Assembly (NCBI GenBank): GCA_041389425.1
Contig: JAWKRX010000028.1
Location: 6,388 to 70,387 of the forward strand
DNA from: Myxococcota bacterium
GTDB lineage: Bacteria; Myxococcota_A; UBA9160; UBA4427
Reading direction: 5' to 3'
DNA: 64,000 bases
The position numbers and the translations under genes were made by a program. Below, in pieces: positions 29,439 through 39,379 of this stretch. The notes below the pieces were generated by a model. It was not told where the DNA came from. It saw only the letters and a program-made list of their open reading frames with translations, and did no database searches. Position 1 is the stretch's first letter. Every line of letters starts with the position of its first letter.

Positions 29439-30491
29439 TCACCCCCTCTGCGGCTCGGGCGATCCGTCCCAGGCACGCAGCTCGGCGACGATCTCCGCGA
29501 GCGCCGGGTCACCCGCCGCATCGCTCGGCAGCGGGAGCACGAACGCATCCGCGATCCCGGCGTATTTCGCGCGCAGCGCCGACGCGAGGGCGTCCCAGCG
29601 GGCGCAGACCATCAATTCGTCGAGCATCTCGTCCGAGAGCAGCGCCGCCAGCGCATCCCAGCGATTCGCGCGCACGAGGCCGTTCAGCTGCTCGCCGACC
29701 GCGCGCCAGCCGTGGAGCTCGAGCGTCGGCCAGTAGCTCGGCGTCGAGTAGAGCGTCGCGAGCAGGGCACGCTGTCGCTCGCGCTCGCCGGCGACCGCCG
29801 CCGCGTCGGGCCCGGTCGCGACGAGCGGATTCACGAAGAGGCGGACGCTGCGCGGATCCTTCCCGACTCGCGCCGCGCCGCGCGCCAGGCCCGGCCGCGC
29901 CCGTTCGCGCAGGAAGCGCGGCGAGACGTTCGTCGGATGCGTGATCAACGCGTCGGAGAGCTCGCCGGCGACGGCCGTCATGTTCGGGCCGATGCCCGCC
30001 ATGTGGATCGGGATCTCCGGATGCCCGATCGGCGGCGGCGCGACGAAGCTCTGCATGCGGGTCAGCCGATAGTGCTCGCCGCGGTGGTCGAGGCGCGTGC
30101 CGTTCTGCCAGCAATCGAAGAGCGCGCGCAGCGCCTGGACGTAGTCGCGCATGTGCGGGGCCGGCGGGCTCCAGGGCATGCCGTACTTCTCGACGATATT
30201 GGTGCGGATCAGGGGCCCGAGACCGAGATGGAAGCGGCCGCCCGAGAGCGCCTGGAGATTCCACGCCGCGACCGCGACCACCATCGGCGAGCGCGCGAAC
30301 GCGACGACCGCGCTCGTCGCGACGCGGATCTCCCGGGTCGTGGCGATCGCCGCCTGCGCCGCGAGGAATCCGTCCGTCATGACGTCGGGGACCATCAGGC
30401 CGTCGAAGCCGAGGGATTCCGCGCGGCGGGCCGCTTCGCCGACCCCCGCGAGCGGGAGCGCGAGATCGATCGATGCCCAGACCTGGACCAA
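29439..30491 (-). CDS. LLM-class oxidoreductase, probable F420-dependent (TIGR03617-like)
   Basis: AVVAFARSPM, LSGGRFHLGLG, NIVEKYGMPW and YSTPSY motifs. Confidence 0.8.
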   Translation of the reverse strand: MVQVWASIDLALPLAGVGEAARRAESLGFDGLMVPDVMTDGFLAAQAAIATTREIRVATSAVVAFARSPMVVAVAAWNLQALSGGRFHLGLGPLIRTNIVEKYGMPWSPPAPHMRDYVQALRALFDCWQNGTRLDHRGEHYRLTRMQSFVAPPPIGHPEIPIHMAGIGPNMTAVAGELSDALITHPTNVSPRFLRERARPGLARGAARVGKDPRSVRLFVNPLVATGPDAAAVAGERERQRALLATLYSTPSYWPTLELHGWRAVGEQLNGLVRANRWDALAALLSDEMLDELMVCARWDALASALRAKYAGIADAFVLPLPSDAAGDPALAEIVAELRAWDGSPEPQRG

Positions 30492-30549
30492 GCCCCGCTC
30501 CTCCTTGCCGCCGCGGAGGGCGCCGGCGGCGCCCGCGGCGGGCTGCCGC

Positions 30550-33081
30550 CTAATCGATGATCCGGCGCGCCACGAGATCTTCGTAGCGCCCGGCCGGGAG
30601 TCCGAGCAACCCGCGCAGGACGGCCTCGTTGTCCTGCCCGATCGAAGGTCCCGGCTGGATCCGGGGCCGCGTCCGGCTGCACTTCACGTACGCCCCGTAG
30701 ATCGTCTCGGAAAAGCCCAGCGGGTGCAGGACTTCCACGAACGTGCCGCGCGCCCGATGATGCGGATGGTCGAGCAGATCGGACACGTCGCAGACGGGGC
30801 TCGCCGCGACCCCGTGGCCTTGCAGCTGCGCGGCGAGGTCGTCGCGCTCGAATCCGCGGGTCCAGGCGGCGAGGCCTGCGTGCAGACGCTCGATGCCGGC
30901 GACCCGCCCGGCGCGGCTCGCCCACTCGGCGCCGAGCGCCCAGCCCGGCCGCCCCATCGCTTCGACGAGGCCCGACCACTCGGCATCCGTGAGCACCGCG
31001 ATCGCGATCCAGCGATCCGCGCCGCGGCAGGGAAAGACGCCGTGCGGCGCTCCTGCCGCGACGGGATGGCGATTGCCGAGGGGCCCGCCGACGCGGCCGT
31101 TCAGGACCTGGTCGAGGAAGGTCGGACCGACGAGCTGCATCACGCCCTCGAGCTGGGCGTAGTCGACGAGCTGGCCGCGGCCGGTGCGTTCGCGGTCGGC
31201 GAGCGCGAGCAGGATCGCGAGCGCACCGACGACGCCGCCGAGCGGATCGGCATAGGCGTTCTCCATCGCCTGCAGCCGGCCATCGGCATGGCCCGTGATG
31301 CCGTCGAGGCCGGCGAGGCTCGCGAGGCTGTTGCCGTAGGTGCGAAGACCGGCGAGCGGCCCGGAGAGCCCGGTCGACGAGAGCGATGCGAAGACGAGCC
31401 GCGGATCCCGCGCGCAGAGCGCCCCGGCGCCGAGCCCGAATCGCTCCATCACGCCGCGGCCGAAGTTCTCGATCACGACGTCCGAGCACGCGACGAGATC
31501 GCGCGCGAGGGCGCTGCCCTCCTCCGTCTTGAGGTTCAGCGTGATGCTGCGATTGCCGGCCCAGAAGGCGTGGTTCTGGATGCTGCGATCGGGGTCGGGG
31601 ATGCCGTTCCAGAACGGCGGAATCGTGCGCTGGATGTCGGGCCGCGCGCGCGATTCGATCTTGATCACGTCGGCCCCGAGGAATCCGAGCAGCTGCCCCG
31701 CCGTCGGACCGACGATCCCCCAGCCGAAGTTCGCCACGCGCAGCCCGGCCAGCGGCAGCGCCCGTTCGTCCGGGGCGAGCGCTTCGCCGTTCGCCTCGCG
31801 CGCGTCCGGGGCGAGCGCTTCGCCGTTCGCCTTGCGCGCGGCCGGTCGCAGCACGAGACGGGGCTGCGCTTCGCGCGCGGCGAAGCCCCGGTGGCCGTGC
31901 TCGCCGAGCAGCGGCGCCCCGCGACGGGGCGCGACGGGATGATCGGCGAGCCGGATCGGCGCGCCCAGGCTGCGCACCGACCCGAGCCGCGGATGCTCGA
32001 CGTCGACGAGCGCCCCGCGCGCCTCGAGATGGGGATGCTCCGCGAGGTCGGCCATCGTGTAGACGGCCGTCGCCGGACAGCCGTTCGCCTGGCAGACGGC
32101 CATGATCTCTTCCTTCGATCGCCCGCTCGCCCATTCGCCGATCAGGGCGTAGATCAGATCCGCGTTGCGTCCGCGCTCCCACATGTCGTCGAAGATCTCG
32201 GGACGCGCCCAGTCCGGATCGCCCATCGCCGCGCGCAATCCGCGCCACTGCGCCTTCTCCAGCGCGATGACGAGGACGTGGCCGTCGCGGCAGGCGACGA
32301 TGCCCGCCGGTGCCGCCAGCCCCATGCCCGCGCCGCCGGTCCGGCGATCGAAGCGGCCGTCCTGCGCATAACCGCCGACGTTCAGCGCGCCGACGAAGAG
32401 CGCCCCGAGGATCTCCGCCGAAGCGACGTCGAGCCACTGGCCGCCGCCGATGCGGTCGCGGCCGAGCAGGCAGGCGAGGCCCCAGGCCGCTGCCGCATAG
32501 CCCGCGAAGAAATCCGCGGAGAAGGTGCCGTGCTCGAGCGGCTCGCCGTCCGGCCGGCCGCAGTAGCGCGCGCCGCAGGCCGAGAAGTGATAGGCGTTGA
32601 GGTCGTAGCCCTTCCAGCCGGCGAGCGGACCGCTGCGGCCGAAGGGCGAGAGCGAGACCACCACGAGCTCGGGATGGCGCGCGCAGAGGGCCTCCTCGCA
32701 GAGACCGAAAGCAGCGAGCCGATCGTCCGGCGCGCCCGAGCCGCCCGCGACCAGGACGTCCGCCTCGCCGAGCAGTGCCTCGAGCCGCTCTCGATCCGCC
32801 GGACGATCGGGATCGAGAACGACGCTCTGCTTGTCGGTATTGAGAAAAAAGAAGGTGCCACTGGCTTCGGGATCGGGCCGATCGCCCGGAAAGGGACCGA
32901 AGCGACGGGTTTCGTCGCCGGCGCCGGGTGCTTCGATCTTCAAGACCTCGGCGCCCTGATCCGCGAAGAGCCGTGCGCAGAACGGGCCTGCGATCCCCGA
33001 GGCGAGCTCGATCACGCGGACGCCGCGAAGGGCCGCGCCCCGGCCCGCCGCCTCGGGCGCCGAAGGGACGGCGCGCGTCAT
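30550..33081 (-). CDS. Class III CoA-transferase (CaiB/BaiF), two fused domains
   Basis: Two repeats: LRGVRVIEL...GAEVLKIE and LAGLRVANF...GADVIKIES; 843 aa. Confidence 0.88.
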   Translation of the reverse strand: MTRAVPSAPEAAGRGAALRGVRVIELASGIAGPFCARLFADQGAEVLKIEAPGAGDETRRFGPFPGDRPDPEASGTFFFLNTDKQSVVLDPDRPADRERLEALLGEADVLVAGGSGAPDDRLAAFGLCEEALCARHPELVVVSLSPFGRSGPLAGWKGYDLNAYHFSACGARYCGRPDGEPLEHGTFSADFFAGYAAAAWGLACLLGRDRIGGGQWLDVASAEILGALFVGALNVGGYAQDGRFDRRTGGAGMGLAAPAGIVACRDGHVLVIALEKAQWRGLRAAMGDPDWARPEIFDDMWERGRNADLIYALIGEWASGRSKEEIMAVCQANGCPATAVYTMADLAEHPHLEARGALVDVEHPRLGSVRSLGAPIRLADHPVAPRRGAPLLGEHGHRGFAAREAQPRLVLRPAARKANGEALAPDAREANGEALAPDERALPLAGLRVANFGWGIVGPTAGQLLGFLGADVIKIESRARPDIQRTIPPFWNGIPDPDRSIQNHAFWAGNRSITLNLKTEEGSALARDLVACSDVVIENFGRGVMERFGLGAGALCARDPRLVFASLSSTGLSGPLAGLRTYGNSLASLAGLDGITGHADGRLQAMENAYADPLGGVVGALAILLALADRERTGRGQLVDYAQLEGVMQLVGPTFLDQVLNGRVGGPLGNRHPVAAGAPHGVFPCRGADRWIAIAVLTDAEWSGLVEAMGRPGWALGAEWASRAGRVAGIERLHAGLAAWTRGFERDDLAAQLQGHGVAASPVCDVSDLLDHPHHRARGTFVEVLHPLGFSETIYGAYVKCSRTRPRIQPGPSIGQDNEAVLRGLLGLPAGRYEDLVARRIID
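31768..31832 (-). repeat. 36-bp-period in-frame duplication (ANGEALAPD x2) in the CoA-transferase linker
   Basis: gtccggggcgagcgcttcgccgttcgcct at 31768 and 31804. Confidence 0.85.
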
Positions 33082-33125
33082 GACAGGACACCCCGCGCAG
33101 AAAGCCGCGTGCTCACCTGCCGCGA

Positions 33126-33365
33126 TCAGCCGCCGGCGAGGGGCGCGAGAAAATGGACCTCGCTCGCGGGCCGGAGGGTCTGGAAGCGCGCATCGTGGTG
33201 GAGCGTGCCGTCGATGGCGACGGTGGCGCCCTCGAGCTTGCCGGCGAGGGCGGGATAGCGGGCGTAGAGGGCAGCGACGAGGTCGACGACCCGGGCGGCC
33301 TCGAGCTCGACCGACTCGTCGCCGGTCAACGCCCGCAGGCCGCCCGTGAAGATCACCTTCGCCAT
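33126..33365 (-). CDS. MoaD/ThiS family sulfur-carrier protein
   Basis: 79 aa, ubiquitin-like, with C-terminal LAGG. Confidence 0.85.
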   Translation of the reverse strand: MAKVIFTGGLRALTGDESVELEAARVVDLVAALYARYPALAGKLEGATVAIDGTLHHDARFQTLRPASEVHFLAPLAGG

Positions 33366-33385
33366 GCCCGGCTCCGACCCGTGGC

Positions 33386-35668
33386 CTAACCCTTCTTCGT
33401 CTCGATGGCGTCGAGCACCCGCGGCGGCGTCATCGGCAGCTGGTGCATGCGGACGCCGATCGCCCGCGACACCGCGTTCCCGACCGTCGCGAGGGGCGGC
33501 ACGATCGGCGTCTCGCCGACGCCGCGCACGCCGTAGGGATGGAGCGGATTCGGAACCTCGACGACGACCGTATCGATCATCGGCAGATCCGAAGCGACCG
33601 GCATCCGGTAGTCGAGGAAGCCCGGGTTCTCCATCTTGCCGTCCTTGTCGAAGAGGTACTCCTCCCAGAGCGCCCAGCCGATGCCCTGGGCGGCGCCGCC
33701 CTGGAGCTGGCCTTCGACGTAGCTCGGATGAACGGCCTTGCCGGCATCCTGGACGACGGTGTAGCGCGCGACCGTCGTGCGGCCCGTCTCCGGGTCGACC
33801 TCGACGTCGCAGATGTGCACGCCGAAGCCCGGGCCGGCGGCGGGCGGGTTCACCGACGCGCTCGCGATGATCGGCCCGCCCGTATGGCCCATCTGTTTCG
33901 CGATGTCCGCGACCGTGAGGGGCTTGTTGTCCGACGCGCCGTTGGTGCCGATGGCCTGTCCATCGCGCCATTCGACCGCATCGACCTCGCAGCCCCAGAT
34001 CGTCGCCGCACGCGCGCGCAGATGCTCGATCACGATCTTCGACGCCTCGATCACCGCCATGCCCGTCGCGTAGGTCACGCGGCTGCCGCCGGTCAGATCG
34101 CAGTAGCCGACCGTGTCCGTATCGCCGACCAGCGGACGCACGCGCTCGACCGGGATCCCGATCTCCTCGGCCACCGTGATCGCCATCGAGGCCCGCGAGC
34201 CGCCGATGTCGGGATTGCCGGTCCGCACGACCGCCGAGCCGTCGTCGTTGATCGAGACCGTCGCGCTCGACTGCAGCCCGACGTTGAACCAGAAGCCGGC
34301 GCCGACGCCGCGCCCCTGATTCTTGCCGAGCGGCGCCTTGTAATGGGGATGGTTCTTCGCGGCCTGCAGACATTCGACGAAACCGATGCGATCGAATTTC
34401 GGCCCGTAGGACGCCACGTCGCCTTCCTTGACGGCGTTCTTGAGCCGCAGCTCGATCGGGTCCATCCCGAGCTTCTCGGCGGCCTCGTCGATCACGGTCT
34501 CGATCGCGTAGGCCGCGTTCGGCGCCCCGGGCGCGCGATAGGCCGCGACCTTCGGCTTGTTGACGACGATGTCGAGGCCCTCGAGCCGGAAGTTCGGGAA
34601 GTTGTACGACGCGAACACGGTCATCGTCGCCGCGCCCATCGGCGAGCCCGCGAATGCGCCCGCCTCGAACTCCATGCGCGTGTCGGCGGCGACGAAGCTG
34701 CCGTCCTTCTTGACGCCGAGCTTCGCCCAGATGCGCGTGCCGGAGGTGGGGCCCGTCGCCCGGAAGACCTCTTCACGCGACATCACCATCTTCACCGGAC
34801 GCCGCGCCTTCTGCGAGAGCAGCAGCGCCACCGGCTCGAGGTAGATCGTCGTCTTGCCGCCGAAGCCCCCGCCGATCTCCGACGGCGTGACGCGGATCAG
34901 GTTCGGATCGAGCTGGAGGGTCACGGCGACCATCGACTTGACCGCGAACGGCCCCTGGGTCGAGCACCAGATCTCCGCCTGCCCGTTCTCGCGCGTCGTC
35001 ACGACCGTCGCATGGGGCTCGATGTAGCCCTGATGCGCCATCGAGGCCTCGTACCAGCCCTCGACGACGACGTCCGCCGTCTTGAAGGCGGCGTCGACGT
35101 CGCCCTTCGCGTTCGCGAGGCGCATCATGATGTTCGTGTCGCCTTCCGGAAGCGGCGGGACACCGACGGCCTTGCGGCCCTCGTGCAGGATCGGCGCATC
35201 CTTCGCGAGCGCCTGCTCGAGGGAGAGCACGGGCTTCAGGACCTCGTAGTCGACGGCGATCATCTTGCAGGCCTCGCGCGCCTGCTCCACGGACGTCGCG
35301 GCGACGGCTGCGATCGCGTGGCCGTGATAGAGGGCCTTGCCGCGGGCCATGATGTTGGCCTGGAGATCCTTCGGATCGATGTGGCTCTCGCCCGCGGCCA
35401 TGCCGCCGCTTCCGATCTCGGGGAAATCGGCGCCCGTGACGATCGCCTTCACCCCGGGCATCGCGAGGGCCTTGCTGACGTCGATCTTCTTGATGCGCGC
35501 GTGGGCATGGGGGCTGCGCAGGATCGCGCCGTGGAGCATGCCCGGCAGCGCGAGATCGGCGCCGTAGTTGGCGCGGCCCGTCACCTTGTCGAGACCGTCG
35601 TGCCGGATCGGACGCGTCCCGACGACCTTGTACTTGCGCTCGCCGCCATCGCTCTTCGGGTTGCTCAT
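33386..35668 (-). CDS. Xanthine dehydrogenase family Mo-hydroxylase, large (molybdopterin) subunit
   Basis: KVTGRANYGAD, SPHAHA, YIEPH, IGGGFGGK, AYRAPG, GQLQGG and GVGETP motifs. Confidence 0.92.
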   Translation of the reverse strand: MSNPKSDGGERKYKVVGTRPIRHDGLDKVTGRANYGADLALPGMLHGAILRSPHAHARIKKIDVSKALAMPGVKAIVTGADFPEIGSGGMAAGESHIDPKDLQANIMARGKALYHGHAIAAVAATSVEQAREACKMIAVDYEVLKPVLSLEQALAKDAPILHEGRKAVGVPPLPEGDTNIMMRLANAKGDVDAAFKTADVVVEGWYEASMAHQGYIEPHATVVTTRENGQAEIWCSTQGPFAVKSMVAVTLQLDPNLIRVTPSEIGGGFGGKTTIYLEPVALLLSQKARRPVKMVMSREEVFRATGPTSGTRIWAKLGVKKDGSFVAADTRMEFEAGAFAGSPMGAATMTVFASYNFPNFRLEGLDIVVNKPKVAAYRAPGAPNAAYAIETVIDEAAEKLGMDPIELRLKNAVKEGDVASYGPKFDRIGFVECLQAAKNHPHYKAPLGKNQGRGVGAGFWFNVGLQSSATVSINDDGSAVVRTGNPDIGGSRASMAITVAEEIGIPVERVRPLVGDTDTVGYCDLTGGSRVTYATGMAVIEASKIVIEHLRARAATIWGCEVDAVEWRDGQAIGTNGASDNKPLTVADIAKQMGHTGGPIIASASVNPPAAGPGFGVHICDVEVDPETGRTTVARYTVVQDAGKAVHPSYVEGQLQGGAAQGIGWALWEEYLFDKDGKMENPGFLDYRMPVASDLPMIDTVVVEVPNPLHPYGVRGVGETPIVPPLATVGNAVSRAIGVRMHQLPMTPPRVLDAIETKKG

Positions 35669-36147
35669 GCGGATTCTCCTCGCATCGACGCCGCGGCGTC
35701 GAGAACGGCCTTGATGATCTTGTCGTAACCGGTGCAGCGGCAGAGATTGCCGGCCAGGTAGTAGCGGGCCTCCGCCTCCGTCGGATTCGGGTTCTTCAGC
35801 AGCAGCGCACGCGTCGCGACGATCAGGCCCGGCGTGCAGACGCCGCATTGCAGCGCTGCGTGCTCGAGGAATTTCCGCTGGATCGGATGCAGCCCGGAGC
35901 CCTGGGCGACCCCTTCGACCGTCCCGATCTCGCGCCCCTCTGCCTCGGCCGCGAGCACGAGGCAGGCCGGCACGAGCTGGCCGTCGAGGGTGATCGAGCA
36001 GGCGCCGCAATCACCCGTCGAGCAGCCTTCCTTGGTTCCCGTGAGCCCGAGCTCGTCGCGCAGCGCCGAGAGCAGGGATTGCTGCCCGTCGCAGAGGAAA
36101 TCGAGCTGCTCGCCATTGATCGTCGTCTGGACCTGGATCTTTGCCAC
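35665..36147 (-). CDS. Mo-hydroxylase small [2Fe-2S] subunit (CoxS-like)
   Basis: GTKEGCSTGDCGAC, QCGVCTPG and NLCRCTGY motifs; GTG start. Confidence 0.92.
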   Translation of the reverse strand: MAKIQVQTTINGEQLDFLCDGQQSLLSALRDELGLTGTKEGCSTGDCGACSITLDGQLVPACLVLAAEAEGREIGTVEGVAQGSGLHPIQRKFLEHAALQCGVCTPGLIVATRALLLKNPNPTEAEARYYLAGNLCRCTGYDKIIKAVLDAAASMRGESA

Positions 36148-36158
36148 CGGAATTCCCC

Positions 36159-37025
36159 TCAGCGCGCCTTCGCCCGCTCGTACGCCTGCTTCGCGACGCG
36201 CTTCGTCAGCACCGCCGAAATCTTCTTGCGATAGGCCACCGTGCCGCGCCGATCGTCGATCGGCTTCGCCGCCGCGGTCGCCGCCTGGCCGGCGCGCTCG
36301 AGCGCCGCCTCTTCGCATTTCGTCCCGACGAGCGCCGCCGCGGCCTCGGGAACGAGGATCGCCGTCGGCGCGACCGCGCCGAGCACCACCCGCGCCGCCG
36401 TGACCACACCGCCGGCATCGAGCGTCAGCGCCACGCCGACCCCGACCACCGCGATGTCCATCTCGCTGCGCGGGATCAAGCGCTGATAGGCGTCCGACGC
36501 ATGCGGCGCAGGCGCCGGGATCTCGAACTCGACGATGAATTCGCCCGGGGCGAGGCTCGTCTTGCCGGGCCCCGTGTTGATCTGCTCCACCGGCACGCGC
36601 CGCTCGCCCTTCGGCCCGGCGACGACGGCCGTCGCCCCACAGGCGATCAGCGCCGGCACGGAATCGGCCGCGGGCGAGGCGTTGCAGAGGTTCCCCGCCC
36701 AGGTGGCCCGCCCCTGGATCTGGCTCGAGCCGATCAGATCGGTCGCCTCGGCGAGTCCGGGCCAGAGCTGGCGGATCGCCTCGTTCTCGTAGATCCGCGC
36801 CGCAGGCACCGCGGCGCCGGCGCGCAGCCCCTTCGCGTCGAGCGCGAGGGCCGAGAGGCGCGGAATCCGCTTCACGTCGACGAACACCGTCGGCACGCGA
36901 TTCATGATCCGCATCTGCACGATCAGATCGGTGCCTCCCGAGAGGACCTTCGCGCCCGCGTCTGCGGCCAGCAATCGCACGGCGGCTTCGACGTCGTTCG
37001 GGGCTTCGTATCGAACGGATTCCAA
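36159..37025 (-). CDS. Mo-hydroxylase FAD-binding subunit (CoxM-like)
   Basis: SGGTDLI, ATWAGNL, ASPAAD and PIDDRRGTVAYR motifs; TTG start after GGGAGG. Confidence 0.9.
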   Translation of the reverse strand: MESVRYEAPNDVEAAVRLLAADAGAKVLSGGTDLIVQMRIMNRVPTVFVDVKRIPRLSALALDAKGLRAGAAVPAARIYENEAIRQLWPGLAEATDLIGSSQIQGRATWAGNLCNASPAADSVPALIACGATAVVAGPKGERRVPVEQINTGPGKTSLAPGEFIVEFEIPAPAPHASDAYQRLIPRSEMDIAVVGVGVALTLDAGGVVTAARVVLGAVAPTAILVPEAAAALVGTKCEEAALERAGQAATAAAKPIDDRRGTVAYRKKISAVLTKRVAKQAYERAKAR

Positions 37026-37217
37026 CTTCGACCTCCCTTGGGCTCGGTTCTCGGGGCTCGGTTCTCGCCTCAGCTCGCGGCGTTCGCTCGGCTCACGGCA
37101 CGGGACCCGATCCTCCCGGATCGGATCTCGATCGGATCGTGTTCTCGCGCTGCTCGATCGGACGTCTCGACGAGAGGCGTCCACCGGATGGCCGCGCCTC
37201 GCCGGCCAGCATAAGTC

Positions 37218-37616
37218 TCAGGACGGCATCTGGAAATACGCATCCACCTCGGCCGGCGGATCATAGTAGCCCCGGACGTGGACGAATCTCCCGTCCTCGC
37301 CGACGGTCCAGACCTCGATCGTCTCGAACTCGAACTGCTTCTCACCGATCCGACCCGAGTTCTGGACGACGCAGGCGATGTCGGCACCGCGGTAGTAGAT
37401 CAGGCGGTGGTGGAGCTGCCAGCGCTGGCCGTCGACGAAGGATGCGTCCCATTGGCGCGCGGCGGCCTCGAGGCCGTGCTTCGTCGGGACCCCGACGGGA
37501 TCGTCGAAGCGGACGTCCGGATCGAAGAGCGCGATCCAGCCCTCTCGGTCGAGGCGGTTCCAGCAGTCGAGGTGGCGCTCGAAGGCGAGGCGGAGGGCGT
37601 CACGGGACGGGGGCAT
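37218..37616 (-). CDS. NTF2-like protein, ketosteroid-isomerase-like
   Basis: WIALF...FDDPVG...IEVWTVGEDGRF; 3' part of ORF 37218..38579. Confidence 0.75.
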   Translation of the reverse strand: MPPSRDALRLAFERHLDCWNRLDREGWIALFDPDVRFDDPVGVPTKHGLEAAARQWDASFVDGQRWQLHHRLIYYRGADIACVVQNSGRIGEKQFEFETIEVWTVGEDGRFVHVRGYYDPPAEVDAYFQMPS

Positions 37617-37792
37617 CGGACGGGCTCCTCGTGGATCCAGGGATCGGGGCGCGGCGTCGCACCACCGCACGAGGCCTGCCCCGGCCTCACCGTACCGCTC
37701 CCGCTGGCGTGCGCCCACCGGCCCGACTCGGCACCACGGCACCGCCGCGCGCGCCCTGCCCCGCTGGAGCCGAGCGGCGGGGTGCGGCCCGC

Positions 37793-38932
37793 CTAGCGCT
37801 GCCTGAACCGCTGCTCGATCTCGCTCTCGGACAGGCCGAAGTCCTGCGCCGAGTAGGCATGGGCGCCGTGCCGCCCCTTTCGATTCGCGGCGAGCCACGC
37901 CCGCATCGCAGCCTCGGCCTCCCCGGACAGCTCGAAGCCGAAGCGATCGTAGATCCGGCGGACCTCCGCGAGCGGATCCGCCTGGAAATCGTCGAATTGC
38001 ATGCGATGGAAGCGCTCCGGCGGCAACCCGGCGCAGACCTCGTCGATCCGGCGCAGTCCGCGCGCCCAGAGCTCGAGCTGGGCGCGCCCGTGCTCGACCG
38101 GATCGAAGTCGGCGACCGCCGGCTTCATGACGACCGAGGTCAGGCTCGCGACCGACGGGATCATCTTCGCGGGCTCCCGCATCGTCGTGACGACGCAGGC
38201 ATCGGGAAAGACCTCGAGGAAGCGGTCGAGGTGGAACATGTGGGTCGCGTCCTTGAGCAGCAGGCGGCGACCGGGCTCGCCTCCCCCGATCAGTGCGACG
38301 TTCCTGCGATAGCGCCGGTAGCGCGGGCCCATGTCGCATTCCGCCCACCAGCGCGCGTACGACGGGATGCGGAAGCTGCATTCGAGGTTGACGGTCGCGA
38401 AGCTCTGGCGGAGCAGGTGCCAGCACTCGTCGACCTCGTCGGCGTCCATGTCGTGGATCGCGCGCATCTCGGGCGCCGCGTCGAAGAGCGCCTGCGTCCG
38501 CGCCGCGCATTCGACGAAGGCCGGGATCGACGGCCACGCGGCGCGCGGCGGCCGCCGCATCGGCGCGTCCATCAGCCACATCTCGAGCCCCTGTAGCGCG
38601 GGATCACGGGCCAGCAGGCGATGGAGCGTCGTCGAGGCCGTGCGCGGCATGCCGACGATCAGGAGCGGGCGCTCGATCGGCGCGGCGTCGATGTCCGGAT
38701 GGCGGCGAAACCCCGCCTCGGAGTGCAGCCGGCCGACGAGCCCCGTCAGCACCTGCTCCTCGAGCGCGGCGCGGCCGACGGGCGTGAGGTTCGATTCCCG
38801 CTCCGCCGCTTCGAGCAGGCATTCGAGCCCTTCGCGGTCGTCGTCCGGTCCGAAATCCGAAAGACCGGTCGCCGCGCGAGCCGCCGCCTCGAGCGCTGCG
38901 AGGCGTTCGAGGAGCGGTGCGACTAACGCCAA
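37793..38932 (-). CDS. Sulfotransferase family protein (mycobacterial Stf type)
   Basis: LSDFG, PAPS-binding IVGMPRTASTTLH, LLKDATH and REPAKMIPS motifs; probable TTG start. Confidence 0.88.
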   Translation of the reverse strand: MALVAPLLERLAALEAAARAATGLSDFGPDDDREGLECLLEAAERESNLTPVGRAALEEQVLTGLVGRLHSEAGFRRHPDIDAAPIERPLLIVGMPRTASTTLHRLLARDPALQGLEMWLMDAPMRRPPRAAWPSIPAFVECAARTQALFDAAPEMRAIHDMDADEVDECWHLLRQSFATVNLECSFRIPSYARWWAECDMGPRYRRYRRNVALIGGGEPGRRLLLKDATHMFHLDRFLEVFPDACVVTTMREPAKMIPSVASLTSVVMKPAVADFDPVEHGRAQLELWARGLRRIDEVCAGLPPERFHRMQFDDFQADPLAEVRRIYDRFGFELSGEAEAAMRAWLAANRKGRHGAHAYSAQDFGLSESEIEQRFRQR

Positions 38933-39351
38933 TTGCCCTTCCCCGTCTCGCGATCCCAGCGCAGCATCTCCTTCACGACCGGATCGTCGAGGTTGCGCCA
39001 GATCGGCTCGAGGCCGGCGATCGTCGCATGGATCTCGAGCAGCTCGGCGCCCTCCGGGCCCGCGAGCAGCGGGCCGTACCAGACGTTCGGCTCGATCAGC
39101 GCGACGGCGCCGCGTTCGTACCAGGTCTCGCCGATCTTGAGCCGCCCCGAGAGGACGACGTTGGCGGTCCACGATTTGTGGCGATGCTCCGGGGCGCCCT
39201 CGTTCGGCCCCCAGCGCACGTGCATGAAGCCCGGCTTCACCGGATCCTCGTCGTACCCGAGCCGCCAGGCCGCCGCCTCGCCGGCCGCGGTCGCGAGGCG
39301 CTCTTCCGTGTCCCAATGCGTGAATACGATGCCGGAGTTGTCGTCGTCCAT
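38923..39351 (-). CDS. Cupin-like hypothetical protein
   Basis: PEHRH...VVLSGRLKIG...YGPLLAGPEGAELLEI cupin-like motifs; good RBS; overlaps the next gene. Confidence 0.65.
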   Translation of the reverse strand: MDDDNSGIVFTHWDTEERLATAAGEAAAWRLGYDEDPVKPGFMHVRWGPNEGAPEHRHKSWTANVVLSGRLKIGETWYERGAVALIEPNVWYGPLLAGPEGAELLEIHATIAGLEPIWRNLDDPVVKEMLRWDRETGKGNWR

Positions 39352-39379
39352 GGGATCTCCTTCGCGCGCCTTCGCCCGC

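Noticed and set aside
33386-37025. Aerobic CO dehydrogenase (coxMSL) or 4-hydroxybenzoyl-CoA reductase
   Set aside because: The active-site loop is AYRAPG rather than AYRCSFR or AYRGAGR. There are no coxDEFG genes, and the FAD subunit lacks the extra [4Fe-4S] Cys insert of HcrB.
37040-37160. Short tandem motifs (gggctcggttctc x2; gatcggatc repeats) upstream of the Mo-hydroxylase
   Set aside because: Two copies only, in a GATC/TCGG-rich background; not distinguishable from chance or slippage.
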